Source: a virus. From it: a DNA stretch of 64,000 nucleotides. Of the stretch, positions 17,001 to 26,913 are shown in pieces. The stretch lies in the IMG/VR virus record IMGVR_UViG_3300049740_002873, positions 9,337-73,336 of that record. One strand, 5' to 3'. The position numbers and the translations under genes are program-made. Position 1 is the stretch's first letter, and every line of letters starts with the position of its first letter. The notes below the pieces were generated by a model. It did no database searches. It worked only from the letters and a program-made list of their open reading frames with translations, and was not told where the DNA came from.

Positions 17001-20000
17001 ACTCTTCAAGGATATGGAATTGCTAGTATGCATGGAAAAAGTATCGGAGAGGGTATTAGTAATGTGGCTGCGGCAGGCGGATACATTCCTAATTTCGCAA
17101 ATCCATTATCTGATGCAATAGGGCGAGAAAGAGCAGCTGGAGTTCCAGTATCTCAAATTAGAGTTGGATCTCATGGAGCTCTTATGAATAAAGATAACCC
17201 TCTTGGTCTTGGCGTAACAAACACAAAGGATGAACCAAATGGTTTACGTGATGTATTTGGCGCAAATGGATATGTACCGAATTATTTTAACCCATTCAGC
17301 TTTGCTAAAGATAAAATTATACAAACTAATTTTGCAAAACAAATGACTTTAGGTGCAAGTAATCTGGAAGATTACAATAAAAAACTAAAAAAACACAAAC
17401 AAGAACAGCAAAAACACTCTGCAGCGGTTAGCAGAATAGAAAAACAACTTCAAAGGAACTTACTTTCTCAAAAAGAAGTAGATCGATTAAATAAAAAATT
17501 AGCAACCGCTAAAAAACATGAAGCCGCAGCTTCTAGAAGAATTGCGTCCACTGCAAGGGGGACAGGAGTCGGCGGTTTTCTTGGTAGGTCAAGCGCTAGT
17601 ATGGGTAGGGCGTTTAGTGGTAATGCAGGAATGATGATGATGATGGGCGCTCCTATGGCCGCTGGATTTGTTCAACAAGGAGGGATGGGTGCGGAAGGAG
17701 GAAGTCAAGCAATGTATGCCGCAGGGGGCGCATTGAGCGGCGCTGCCTCTGGAGCTATGATGGCGAGCATGCTAGCTCCGATGTTTGGACCTGCTGCACC
17801 ATTGGTAATTGGTGTGGGAGGGCTGCTCGGAGGTGTAAAGGGACTAATATCCGCAAACGAAGAAAATACAAAAGCATTAAAAGAAAAAAGCGAACAAGAA
17901 CTAAAAGCTCAAATCCAATCTACATCGCAAGCTGTATCTCAAATAGCTCAAGGGTCAGAATTATCTAGAACATTGTCTTCGGCAGGTATAACCGCACAAA
18001 GCATCGCGACACTTGGACTAAAAGGAGGTGATACAGTTTTACAAGGTTTACAAAAATCTAAGGTTGGTCACTCGGCTCCACAAGCATTAGTTGATGTTAT
18101 GAAACAATATGAAGCGGGTAAAATGAAACCGGTATCTCAAGAAAAATTAAACAGACAGATTGATGTAATTTTAAAAAATGCAGAAAAGGGACGGAAGCAA
18201 TTCGAAAAAACTAGAAGTCAATTGGGAGCATTCTTCGCCCCAAGAGATCGCGATGATATGCGAAGATATAAGGATGTAACATCCAGAGAAGAAGCTTTGG
18301 AATTTTTAAGCAAGCAAAATAATCCTATTGGTAGAGCTGCATTATATACAAAAACAGCACGAGAATATATGGGGGGTACAGGAGATCCTGATTTTTATGG
18401 AATAAAAACAAAGCAACAATTAGAGCTAACATCAAGTGGTCAAGCTCGATCTGAATTGATTGATTATTTAATGGAGAACGAAAAAAAGCAAAGTTTTGCT
18501 TACGATTTCGGCCAAGAAAAAGGGGGTACAGGCTACTTGGATAAAGCTCAGTACGCTGCCCTCTTAAAAGGTCAGGAAGTTGATATTGGTGGTCAAATTG
18601 GGCCACAGAAACTGTCGGAGGCAGCTATTCAGGAAGCGCTCACTAAGGAATCCCAAAGAATTCAAAGTGAATACGTCAACGCGCAAACACAACAAAAAGA
18701 AGCTTTAATTCTTCAACTCAACCTTCAAAAAGCTCAAATTATCGCACAGCAGGCCAGCGCAGACGCACAATTTAAGATAAAAGCAGAGTATATTAAGCAA
18801 TCAAACCTACTTCAAATGCAAGAAAAATTGATGGGGTCATTTATATCCGATAAACAAAAAGCCGAAAATAAATACACAGACTCATTGAACAAAGCTGCTA
18901 AAGCATATAATGCAGGGGCTGAGTCTGCAAAATTAAGTTTAAAAACAGGAATTATGCAAGACATTTTGCAAAACCCTGTGTTAGAACAAGCTTTAAAGCA
19001 AGCATTATTTACAGGTACAGATTCGAAAGATATCACGAAACAAGACCTAACTAATAAACTTGCAAAAATGGATGATAAAGAATTGATTGATACATTAAGA
19101 AATATTAAGGTTGCAGAAGATGATATAAATGAAATTATAGAAAACAGAAGTTTACTCTATGGTAATCAAATTATCAATCTTGAGCGACAACAGAGTTTGT
19201 CGGTTTCTCAGGCCGCAAATGAAAAACAAATCAATCTCGTTCTTTCAGAACGCAAAGAGATTCTGGATGATATGAGCAAGAGAATGGAAGATTTTGCTAG
19301 TAGGTCTCAATTTTTGTCGGAAAAAGGAGGATTAGAGCGAAGAATTTCTGCCGCACAAAGAGAAGGGACCGGTTACATTTCTGCAGATAGACAACTGCAA
19401 ATACAAAGAAGTGAAATGGAAAAATATACTATTCCAGGATTGCAACGACAAGGACGAGCACAAAAAGAATCTATACTCGAGAAAGTTGGAGTAGGTTTTA
19501 GCGACGAGGAGCAAAAGCAAATCATGACCATGCGAGGAAAAGATCTTGATATAGCGGAAGTAGTAAAAGCACAAAGAGGAAGAGAATTTGAGGAGAAGGG
19601 CGGTTCTGCTAAAATACTTGAACTGCAACAATTTGTAGATAACCCATTCAATGCATTCGGTGAAGGTCGTACAGAGGCTCAGATGAAAGAATACGCCGAA
19701 AAAGAAGCTAAGCTTAACGAATTAAAAACTTTAGATGCAGAAAGAAATAAGTTGAGCGACGATTTAAATAAAAAAATATCAGCCGCCAACCGAGACCTAA
19801 AAGAGCAAAACGTATTAAACAAAAAAAATGTAGATACTGTAAACCAAGAAATGCTTGCGCGAGAAAGAATGCACGATAGAATGACTGGCCCTAAGGCTGT
19901 GCAAAACGGTATGCAGGATAGCTTTGCGAAAATGGCAGATAATGCAGACAAAATGAGATATCAAATCGGAGAAAGAATTCCTAATTTATTGGCCGATGGA

Positions 20001-21728
20001 TTAGCTCAAGCAATGCAAGTTGGATTAAATGGCGCAGAGGACATTGGTGACGCTATGCGTCAAATAGGAATAAACTTTTTGCAGGCAATACAATCTGCGT
20101 TTTTGCAACACGCTGCTCATAGTATCGTCGGAAACATGGGATTCAATTTAACAAAAAATGAAGGAGGTAAAATTCCTAGATATTCTACTGGAGGATCTGT
20201 TCCTGCAATGGTAACTGACGGAGAATATGTCATGAGTAGGCAAGCTGTCAACAAATATGGCGGTGCATTTATGCATGGATTGAACGTAAGAGGAAGTGCT
20301 CCTGAGAAATTTAGTCAAGGTGGTTTAGCAGACGCATTTGGTAAATTAGGAACTTATCAAGATAGTGGCTTGGGTCAAGCATTTCAGAATTTAGATCGAG
20401 GTAAAATGAATAACATCTATAGTGAAATGTCTAAGGCTCAACCGAGACAAATGACTATGGACAGAATGAAAACTGCCCAGATGCAAGAAAAGTCACTTCA
20501 AGATTTCTTTTCTAATCCTGCTAAAGCTCAAAAAGGCGGGCCTGATTTGGCAAATAAAACAGTGTTAAACAATTTAATGGATAATAAATCTATTAAACCA
20601 AATCCTGGAAGCTCAGGTCTTATTGGTAATCTTTTAGGTGGGATATTTAGTATAATTACCGCTCCATTTAAAATGATTGGAAATATTTTTGGGGGACTCG
20701 GAAAGTATCAGGGCGGTTTAATCCCTCAAGATATACAAAAATTTGCAGAAGGTGGAGGTGTTGAGAATGGAATTGGTGCGGCGCTCCTGCCACAAAAAGA
20801 GGAAGAACCTAAGCCTGGAACATTAATAAGCGCTCATGGAGGAAGAAGATATCATTCTGGCAGAAAGTATACCAAAAATAGAATGTCTGGATTTTTCTAT
20901 AGTCAATCAGGAAATGTTGGATTAAGAGAAGATGCCGAGGGCTTGCGTAATGAGTTGGCTAAGGAGGAGGCTGCTCGAAGAGCTAGAGAAGCAAAAAAAG
21001 CAAAGAAAAAACAATTTATTATGAGTTTAGTGGGCGCTGCCGCATCTGCAGCAATATCTTATGGCATGAGCGGGGGGTTTAGTGGTGGTGCAGATTCAAC
21101 CCCTTTATCTGGCGATCAAGGAGGAGGGCAGAGCATAATACCTACTACCGAAGGGGGCTCTGGGGTTCCAATAAGCAATTGGGATCTCACTGATGCACAA
21201 TTAGCTAAAGGAGTTACAGTAGGAGGTCAGACTTTTTCAAGTCAACCAACTTTATCTGAAAGACTTAGGAGGCCGATTCATTATAACAATTTTGGGGGGA
21301 AAATCAATAAGTACGCCAGTGGAGGACACATATCTGGCAAGCCTGGTATAGACCAAATTCCAGCTATGCTAAGTGAAGGAGAGTATGTAATTCGCGCAAG
21401 CTCTGCCAGAAAACTTGGAAGAAGTAGGCTAGATCAAATCAACGCAGGAAAGTTTTATGATGGCGGATCTGTATCTTCTGACGATGAAACAAAACAAGAA
21501 ACATCTAGCTCTTCAGGAAATACTAATAATATAAGCATATCAGTCAATGTAACAAATGGTTCTAAAGCAGGAGAAAATTCCGAGTCTTCAATAACAAACT
21601 CTGGGGAAGATAACAGAGATCAGGCAGATAAACAAAAGCAAATGGCGGAAAAAATAAAAGAGCAAGTTGTTTCAGTTATCGTAGAAGAACAAAGACCAGG
21701 AGGATTACTCAGTAAGACTGAATCATGA
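14040..21728 (+). CDS. Tail tape measure protein (TP901-type N-terminal domain), 2562 aa
   Basis: TP901-type region (EYARQG, DAISRTGSAAKGAGVDIDELIG, IGNSLKTIFTR), long helical stretches, hydrophobic segments, C-terminal PAMLSEGEYV. Confidence 0.93.
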   Translation: MAINLDVHGNTTPLEAEVRAAVNRIRKIPVKLSIDDKGATQPLGNMRRGADEFTKSMEAANARIIAFGASMAIINGVGNAFKALVRDVVEVEKSLADINVVMDLSTEKLDKFSDGLFKVAKETGQAFKVAADAATEYARQGLGVEESLRRTKDALILTRLTGMDSAEAVKSLTAAMNTYGHQIENTTQLVSKFAAVDVKFAVSAEDFADAISRTGSAAKGAGVDIDELIGIVTAAQQKTARGGKVIGNSLKTIFTRVGRADTLNQLENLGIAVRDIEGNTLGAKKILTDLANTFDTLSEAQKAQIAQTVGGVFQINVLKAILGDAAKQNGILANATQISANATDEAIQKNEMLRGTIAAMASETGTAIKQLSSDIGEIALAPGIEKILSTVKGFAENLSGVLGDGESTGNRFATGLLKGIGNIITGPGLVVLVGVFFKLFGQAFKFTRDSLSSLIGITSEAQKQKAIQTSLVDLMGRNANLNKELLRTDIGRSEKEKIILGYLKAQVAEANVLNNISKQLASTLYTKGYGANLTPVRRGRAHGYVPNFAHPEREEAAKGGYAAGNIRSMHMPGEGSIIYNSAEKVKNFKGMTQPAIMPPESSKAGKKYQQAFGDIHGFDPYAAGGYIPNYSQTTANADRRMVVFAASTQGGGKFGGQDNVNNKFFISPPKKKNESYKFADVSKQGARGASPRGMIPVNVPYFTIGKNDAKLNNHPDVQSFIYAKMKKAGQAVAQDVANKLFKVRGASVKKIETKDIAASSGNIFEAAIMAAQNKVARESMGPDPVGNTLLDIPRKGRDKLWDLFGAGTLGGLGAEAKIALGGLASKAGKHLKSAAEKFYKVDIEKKAAFGGQAPKTNFSQSSALGGLLTKKGKDIYVGGEKFDNLSDEQSKKLRGKGLEPGGKTGMFSFKQLENLPFSAGGYIPNFAAMAISRLGGLGKSKFGLAAVINSNPYFSQLLKRYGHWKNFPSQEKTKLNKFLLKQGFTNRTLQGYGIASMHGKSIGEGISNVAAAGGYIPNFANPLSDAIGRERAAGVPVSQIRVGSHGALMNKDNPLGLGVTNTKDEPNGLRDVFGANGYVPNYFNPFSFAKDKIIQTNFAKQMTLGASNLEDYNKKLKKHKQEQQKHSAAVSRIEKQLQRNLLSQKEVDRLNKKLATAKKHEAAASRRIASTARGTGVGGFLGRSSASMGRAFSGNAGMMMMMGAPMAAGFVQQGGMGAEGGSQAMYAAGGALSGAASGAMMASMLAPMFGPAAPLVIGVGGLLGGVKGLISANEENTKALKEKSEQELKAQIQSTSQAVSQIAQGSELSRTLSSAGITAQSIATLGLKGGDTVLQGLQKSKVGHSAPQALVDVMKQYEAGKMKPVSQEKLNRQIDVILKNAEKGRKQFEKTRSQLGAFFAPRDRDDMRRYKDVTSREEALEFLSKQNNPIGRAALYTKTAREYMGGTGDPDFYGIKTKQQLELTSSGQARSELIDYLMENEKKQSFAYDFGQEKGGTGYLDKAQYAALLKGQEVDIGGQIGPQKLSEAAIQEALTKESQRIQSEYVNAQTQQKEALILQLNLQKAQIIAQQASADAQFKIKAEYIKQSNLLQMQEKLMGSFISDKQKAENKYTDSLNKAAKAYNAGAESAKLSLKTGIMQDILQNPVLEQALKQALFTGTDSKDITKQDLTNKLAKMDDKELIDTLRNIKVAEDDINEIIENRSLLYGNQIINLERQQSLSVSQAANEKQINLVLSERKEILDDMSKRMEDFASRSQFLSEKGGLERRISAAQREGTGYISADRQLQIQRSEMEKYTIPGLQRQGRAQKESILEKVGVGFSDEEQKQIMTMRGKDLDIAEVVKAQRGREFEEKGGSAKILELQQFVDNPFNAFGEGRTEAQMKEYAEKEAKLNELKTLDAERNKLSDDLNKKISAANRDLKEQNVLNKKNVDTVNQEMLARERMHDRMTGPKAVQNGMQDSFAKMADNADKMRYQIGERIPNLLADGLAQAMQVGLNGAEDIGDAMRQIGINFLQAIQSAFLQHAAHSIVGNMGFNLTKNEGGKIPRYSTGGSVPAMVTDGEYVMSRQAVNKYGGAFMHGLNVRGSAPEKFSQGGLADAFGKLGTYQDSGLGQAFQNLDRGKMNNIYSEMSKAQPRQMTMDRMKTAQMQEKSLQDFFSNPAKAQKGGPDLANKTVLNNLMDNKSIKPNPGSSGLIGNLLGGIFSIITAPFKMIGNIFGGLGKYQGGLIPQDIQKFAEGGGVENGIGAALLPQKEEEPKPGTLISAHGGRRYHSGRKYTKNRMSGFFYSQSGNVGLREDAEGLRNELAKEEAARRAREAKKAKKKQFIMSLVGAAASAAISYGMSGGFSGGADSTPLSGDQGGGQSIIPTTEGGSGVPISNWDLTDAQLAKGVTVGGQTFSSQPTLSERLRRPIHYNNFGGKINKYASGGHISGKPGIDQIPAMLSEGEYVIRASSARKLGRSRLDQINAGKFYDGGSVSSDDETKQETSSSSGNTNNISISVNVTNGSKAGENSESSITNSGEDNRDQADKQKQMAEKIKEQVVSVIVEEQRPGGLLSKTES

Positions 21729-22597
21729 GTTACTCGAACTACGAACAATCCGTTTTTTTTGATGGGTTCAAGCTTTCAGGAGTGCAATCTGTTGCGGGTA
21801 GTTATTCAATTAATGAAAAAGCTATTAATGTGGCAGGCGTTGGTTTCGTAGACTCTATAGTTAATGCTCCAATGCAAGGAGATTTTTCTTTTAATAGGAA
21901 GATGGTAAGTTTTGATCCTGTATTAAGAACTAATTCTATTGGAAAATATTTGTACGATGAAAATGAATTTGATGGTGCAATAGCATATAATAATGACTCG
22001 AATGGTTTTGGTTTTACAAGAGGCAGGGTAAATCGATATTCGGTGACATGCAGCGTTGGAGAAGTTCCTGATATACAAACAAGTATAACAGTATATGGAC
22101 AATTAGGGAAAGATGTTATTAATTATGATAATTATGCAACAGAAGATCATCCTGAAATAAAATTTATAGATCAGTCTAGTATTAAATTATCTGTTAGTGA
22201 TTTTGATATAGATGCTATTAGTGATTTTAGTTATACTCGATCAATTAATCTTAATCCTGTTTATGCTTTAGGTAATGGTGATGCAAGTGATTGGAATCAA
22301 AATTATACAGATTCACAAAATTTAGAGCCAGTTCAGGTTGATACCACTTACCCTATTGAAACAGATATTAATTTTACTATGATTGCAAGTAAATACGAGA
22401 TAAAAAGGATTGCCGATAGACTTGCTGCTTCAGAAGAAAGTGATGTAAGAATTGAAATATGTGATGCAGTGGATAACAATAATATTGTTAATTCTTTTAC
22501 TGGTATAAACATGAAGCTTATGAGCGAAAGTATAAATTCATCAATAGAAGATGAGTTGTCTATATCAATGTCTTACAAAGGTTTCGAAACTTTATAA
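21725..22597 (+). CDS. Tail-tube-like distal tail protein
   Basis: LSGVQSVAGSYS and YSVTCSVGEVP resemble tube motifs VQSANYS and YSVEAAVGAMP; ATGA-coupled to the TMP. Confidence 0.55.
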   Translation: MSYSNYEQSVFFDGFKLSGVQSVAGSYSINEKAINVAGVGFVDSIVNAPMQGDFSFNRKMVSFDPVLRTNSIGKYLYDENEFDGAIAYNNDSNGFGFTRGRVNRYSVTCSVGEVPDIQTSITVYGQLGKDVINYDNYATEDHPEIKFIDQSSIKLSVSDFDIDAISDFSYTRSINLNPVYALGNGDASDWNQNYTDSQNLEPVQVDTTYPIETDINFTMIASKYEIKRIADRLAASEESDVRIEICDAVDNNNIVNSFTGINMKLMSESINSSIEDELSISMSYKGFETL

Positions 22598-22599
22598 TC

Positions 22600-23517
22600 A
22601 TGAGCGAATCATTTTTTAGATTTGAGAATACAAAAATTCAAATAGATGGAAAAGATCTTATGGTTACATCTGCAAATCTTTCTATGGAAACTTCGCTACA
22701 ATCCGAGAGAGTATATGGAGATTATGACGCAGAAATAGATGGTGCTACTACAGAGTTTGTAACTCATAGCCCAAATGCGGGTATACGCGGAACCCTTGAA
22801 GTACAGTTTTTGATTTCTGCAGAAAATTTCGCACAAGAGGGTACGCCAAATAATATAGACCGCTTTTTAGAGATCAAAGCTGGCATGAGCGAAAGATCAA
22901 TTAACGATAATGTTGTGGGGCCGTATGAGTTTGATAATATATATTTAAATAATTTTGGTTTTCAATTGGTTCCGTTTGATTTGGTCAAAGCATCTGCTCG
23001 TTACAGTATATACGGAAGTATTTATAAAGATGCAGCACAAAGGTTGGCGGGCACCAGCTCTAATTTCGCTCACGCTTTTAAGTCATTTAATGATATTAAA
23101 ATTAATAGTGCATCTAGTTATGGAATTTTTGGTAATGATTTTTTCGCTAAGAAACTGCAATATCAAATAAATGTAGAAAGAAAAGCTCAAACAAATATAG
23201 CTAATAGCGAAAGTAGTCTTTTTTCTAAATCTGCTGATGGGGTTGTACCTAAGAGATTATCAGTTTCTAGGATAGAATCAGAAATGAATATAGAATCAAA
23301 TGAAATAGTGCCAGAATTAAATGATCGAGGAGATCAGCAGTCTTCATCTATATATTCAGAAAAAATGCAATCTACAGTAACCGCCTACCTTTTCTCTATG
23401 GGCGGAAATAGGCTTGCGTCGTTTTCTTGTTCTGGAAGAGTAAGCTCTCAAGGTTTTAATGTTAGCGAGGGACAAAATGGAGCTGCAAAAATATCAATAA
23501 AGGGGGTAGTTAAATAA
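22600..23517 (+). CDS. Tail-tube-like / baseplate protein
   Basis: Beta-rich; VTSANLSMETSLQSERVYG tube-like hairpin; lies between the TMP and gpM. Confidence 0.45.
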   Translation: MSESFFRFENTKIQIDGKDLMVTSANLSMETSLQSERVYGDYDAEIDGATTEFVTHSPNAGIRGTLEVQFLISAENFAQEGTPNNIDRFLEIKAGMSERSINDNVVGPYEFDNIYLNNFGFQLVPFDLVKASARYSIYGSIYKDAAQRLAGTSSNFAHAFKSFNDIKINSASSYGIFGNDFFAKKLQYQINVERKAQTNIANSESSLFSKSADGVVPKRLSVSRIESEMNIESNEIVPELNDRGDQQSSSIYSEKMQSTVTAYLFSMGGNRLASFSCSGRVSSQGFNVSEGQNGAAKISIKGVVK

Positions 23518-25697
23518 TGGTATCTCCATATAAAAATAACATACAAAACTATCGAGGTGATTTTGACCCTAATCAAGATTATAAAAAGTTTGATTTTGTA
23601 TATAATCCACAAAATTCATCTTACTATTACGCAACAAATGACGTACCTGCAGGGGGAAGTCTAGAATCTAGTGGAAGTGGTATTGCTTATTATAAGCTTG
23701 ATCTCTCTCTCGCTACTTTAGATTTTGAGGGAAAAAGAATTGGGGGTGTTAATTTTCCAGAATCTAGTAATATACCATATGATCCACAGGGATTAAGGAG
23801 CGCCTTTATTGATGAAAGCTTGAATATATCTGTTGAAGATTACAATCAACTACCTGATCAAACAGAAACTAGAGCAGGGCCTGGATCTAAGTGGTATATA
23901 ACTTTAGGCAAAGACTTTTTCTCTCCGATAAATATTTCTCAATTATGGATTAAGGATTATTTCTTTTTTGACGCAGATTATGGCGCAAGAGTTAGATTTA
24001 AAGCAAACAATAATCAAGTTAATTTTGGTAATGGGTACTACTCTACTCAATTAGAGGATATTAATGCTTTTACTTGTGAATTTGATTTGACTTTTAAAAA
24101 CAGAACCAATAAAGAGGCTAATGCCATAATGCATTTTTTAGAAAATCATCCTGGGTCTCAATCTAGCTCGCCAGAATCAATGTCCTTAACTTATTCTCAG
24201 GGTATTAAGGGTTTTTACTGGGGCGGAGACGCTATTTTTCATCCATACGATTCTGCTGAAATGCAAATCAAGGAATTTCATTGCGATAAATTTTCTCATC
24301 AATTAGAATTTGAAAATAATAATAACCTTAGTGTGACATTAAAAAATTATACAACCTCAATGTTAAATAAGTCTGAATCTCTTTATGTAAAAAGAGCTGA
24401 AAATTATAATTCAAACATAATGTATAATAGAAATGATGTAGTGTTTATGCCTCAAAATCAATCATATTATTATTGTATGAAATCTAGCGGATTAAATGCT
24501 TTTCCTATAATGGTTAGAAATCAATGGTCTAGGCAAGGAGGGTCATATATTGATGTTAATAAAGATATTTGGGCAAGGCATTTTTTCTGGAAGCCATCAA
24601 TAGGTTTAACTATAAGTTCTAATATTAAAAATTATAAAATTAATGTTGGTAATAGTTATACTCAGATATATAAAGGTGGATTAAATGATAATTTACTTGA
24701 GTTTGATTTAGAATTTAATAATAGAGATGATAAAGAAGCTTATGCGATTCTTCATTTCTTGGAAAGCAACTATGGAAATAGGCCGTTTCAATATACATTG
24801 CCTGCTCCTTATAATGAAGAAAGAACTTTTATATGTGAAGAGTGGGAGCATGTTTATAATTATAGAAATAATCATTCTGTAAAAACTAGATTTAAGGAGT
24901 GTCCTATAAAAATTACTCCTGATATACTTGATTCCGAAAAAGATAAATCTCCGACAGTCTTGGGTGATCCTGTTTTAGCTATATTTAGGAATACAACTCT
25001 TAGAAACAATGAGTCTATTTCTGAATTTAAATACTATGAAAATTTAAGACATAGGGTAAAAATAAGAAATTCAGGGGGTAAAGATTTGAATATTTCTTCT
25101 ATGGATTTTTTCGCTCCAGAAAATAATGGTATTGTTTTAAGTTTAGCTGGCCAGAATGGTTCTGCAAGTTGTATAGCTAAGCCTTCAGATTTAAATTATA
25201 GCGTCTATTTGGGAAGAAAAAATTTACCTTTTAATCTTTCGTTTAAAACTGTAGAGTTGGGGCGTTCTTTTACTAACGGAGTAGATGGGGGTTATTCTTT
25301 TTTGCATAATGGGGTGCAATTTTTTCAAAAAAATGATGGTTCAATTATAAACAGAGATACGGGAGAAATTGAAACTAATGTTGACTACTTTATTGTTGAA
25401 AGTTTTTTTAATGCAAATAAAACGAGCGTAATTAAGGCTGGAAAAAGTTCTTATTTTGATGTGATATTTAGGGGTGTTAGTCGAGATCTTTTGGCTGGTA
25501 ATTTATTGGGTGAGGATGAGGCTGGTTTATATAATATAGAGGCAAATCTCATGAATAAAAATGGTAGTTATGGTAATAGGTATTTGGAAGCTTTTTCTGC
25601 ATCCGTATATTTTTATAGTACATTAAAAATAATCAGTAATTCTTATTATAATAATGGTGTTGATGAAGTTAATTTTAAAATACTAGTTGATACTTGA
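23517..25697 (+). CDS. Minor tail protein, lambda gpM-like, two tandem domains
   Basis: Two copies: FFFDAD..FGNGY..FDLTFKNR..AIMHFLE and FFWKPS..VGNSY..FDLEFNNR..AILHFLE. Confidence 0.75.
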   Translation: MVSPYKNNIQNYRGDFDPNQDYKKFDFVYNPQNSSYYYATNDVPAGGSLESSGSGIAYYKLDLSLATLDFEGKRIGGVNFPESSNIPYDPQGLRSAFIDESLNISVEDYNQLPDQTETRAGPGSKWYITLGKDFFSPINISQLWIKDYFFFDADYGARVRFKANNNQVNFGNGYYSTQLEDINAFTCEFDLTFKNRTNKEANAIMHFLENHPGSQSSSPESMSLTYSQGIKGFYWGGDAIFHPYDSAEMQIKEFHCDKFSHQLEFENNNNLSVTLKNYTTSMLNKSESLYVKRAENYNSNIMYNRNDVVFMPQNQSYYYCMKSSGLNAFPIMVRNQWSRQGGSYIDVNKDIWARHFFWKPSIGLTISSNIKNYKINVGNSYTQIYKGGLNDNLLEFDLEFNNRDDKEAYAILHFLESNYGNRPFQYTLPAPYNEERTFICEEWEHVYNYRNNHSVKTRFKECPIKITPDILDSEKDKSPTVLGDPVLAIFRNTTLRNNESISEFKYYENLRHRVKIRNSGGKDLNISSMDFFAPENNGIVLSLAGQNGSASCIAKPSDLNYSVYLGRKNLPFNLSFKTVELGRSFTNGVDGGYSFLHNGVQFFQKNDGSIINRDTGEIETNVDYFIVESFFNANKTSVIKAGKSSYFDVIFRGVSRDLLAGNLLGEDEAGLYNIEANLMNKNGSYGNRYLEAFSASVYFYSTLKIISNSYYNNGVDEVNFKILVDT

Positions 25698-25698
25698 T

Positions 25699-26913
25699 AT
25701 GTCTTTTAAGTCTACAGATCATTTAAATAAAGAAATTTTTTCTTTAAGTCCTGACGTTCTTGTCAATTTGTATGAAATAGATTTTAGTAATTTACAGCAT
25801 AATTTTGAAATCCTGCAAGATCAATTTGGGGTAACGGTAGGAGAAGATTTAACTTATAGATTTTGTGGGGCGATAAATGGTTCAAACCCTATTATATGGC
25901 AAGGTTTTAGTTATCAACCTTTACCTATTAATAGTGAAGGGTTTGAGCATAAAGCTGACGGCAGAATGGCTAGGCCTAAGTTATTGGTGGCAAATCCTGA
26001 TGGGTTGTTTTCAAGAATATTAAAAGCCAATCAGGACTTTGTGGGATGTAAAATTACTAGAAAAAGAACTTATGTTAAATTTTTAGATGCAGAAAATTTT
26101 CAAAACAGGAATTCTTTTGAGGGCATTAACCCTTTTGGAGAAAGTGATCCAGACGCTCATTTTCCTGATGATGTATATTTTATAAATAAAAAGATTACAG
26201 AAAACAGGACATCCTTAGAGTTTGAGTTAGTCTCTGTATTGGAGATTGAGAATGCTTATATCCCTGGGCGAGTGATTCATTCTAATTTTTGCTCATGGTC
26301 TTATCGTTGTAGTATTGGCTGTGGCTATAAGGGTAAACCTATTGAGTCTGCGAAAGGAGGCTCATTTATTGACAAGATGTATGAAATTAATAGCAGTATT
26401 AGTGGTGAAATCATAAATAATTTAAATAAAAAAGTAGATGACATTGAGTCTTGGAGCCATAACAAAGGAAATTATCGGGTTGGTGACGTTGTAAAAATAA
26501 TAAACGAAAATGAAAAAAATCCATATAAAAGAGTGCCATTTGTTTTTGTTTGTACAAAAGATCATGTATCCGGCTCGAGGTACTATCCTTTTTTTAGGCA
26601 AGATTACTGGTTAAAGGATGAATGTTCGAAAACAATTAATGCATGCAAGAAAAGATTCGGAAAGCATCAATATGATTTTGCAAAATATGTTGATATCAAT
26701 GGCGATGTGCTTTCTGAGTATAAAAATAACAATCCGGATGGCTTGACGAAAATTCAGTTTGGGGAGAAGTATTGGGATACGTATGGAAGAGCGGAATATA
26801 AAAATCCAGATTCAAATTCAAGTCACAGACCTCCGCCAGAAATTGGTATAACCGATGAAGGCCATCTTCCATTCGGAGGGTTTCCTGGTACGCATAAGTA
26901 TGGATATGTTTAA
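25699..26913 (+). CDS. Minor tail protein L (lambda gpL-like, Fe-S cysteines)
   Basis: LYEIDF, WQGFSYQPLPI, RKRTYVKFLDAENF, CSWSYR..CGY, DECSK...CKKRF, LPFGGFPG. Confidence 0.92.
   Translation: MSFKSTDHLNKEIFSLSPDVLVNLYEIDFSNLQHNFEILQDQFGVTVGEDLTYRFCGAINGSNPIIWQGFSYQPLPINSEGFEHKADGRMARPKLLVANPDGLFSRILKANQDFVGCKITRKRTYVKFLDAENFQNRNSFEGINPFGESDPDAHFPDDVYFINKKITENRTSLEFELVSVLEIENAYIPGRVIHSNFCSWSYRCSIGCGYKGKPIESAKGGSFIDKMYEINSSISGEIINNLNKKVDDIESWSHNKGNYRVGDVVKIINENEKNPYKRVPFVFVCTKDHVSGSRYYPFFRQDYWLKDECSKTINACKKRFGKHQYDFAKYVDINGDVLSEYKNNNPDGLTKIQFGEKYWDTYGRAEYKNPDSNSSHRPPPEIGITDEGHLPFGGFPGTHKYGYV

Noticed and set aside
17631-17645. (ATG)5 microsatellite encoding MMMMM
   Set aside because: In-frame, within a Gly/Met/Ala-rich hydrophobic segment; no sign of phase variation
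13952-19951. Several antisense ORFs within the TMP and similar short ORFs inside other long genes
   Set aside because: Shadow frames of real genes, with no motifs or initiation signals
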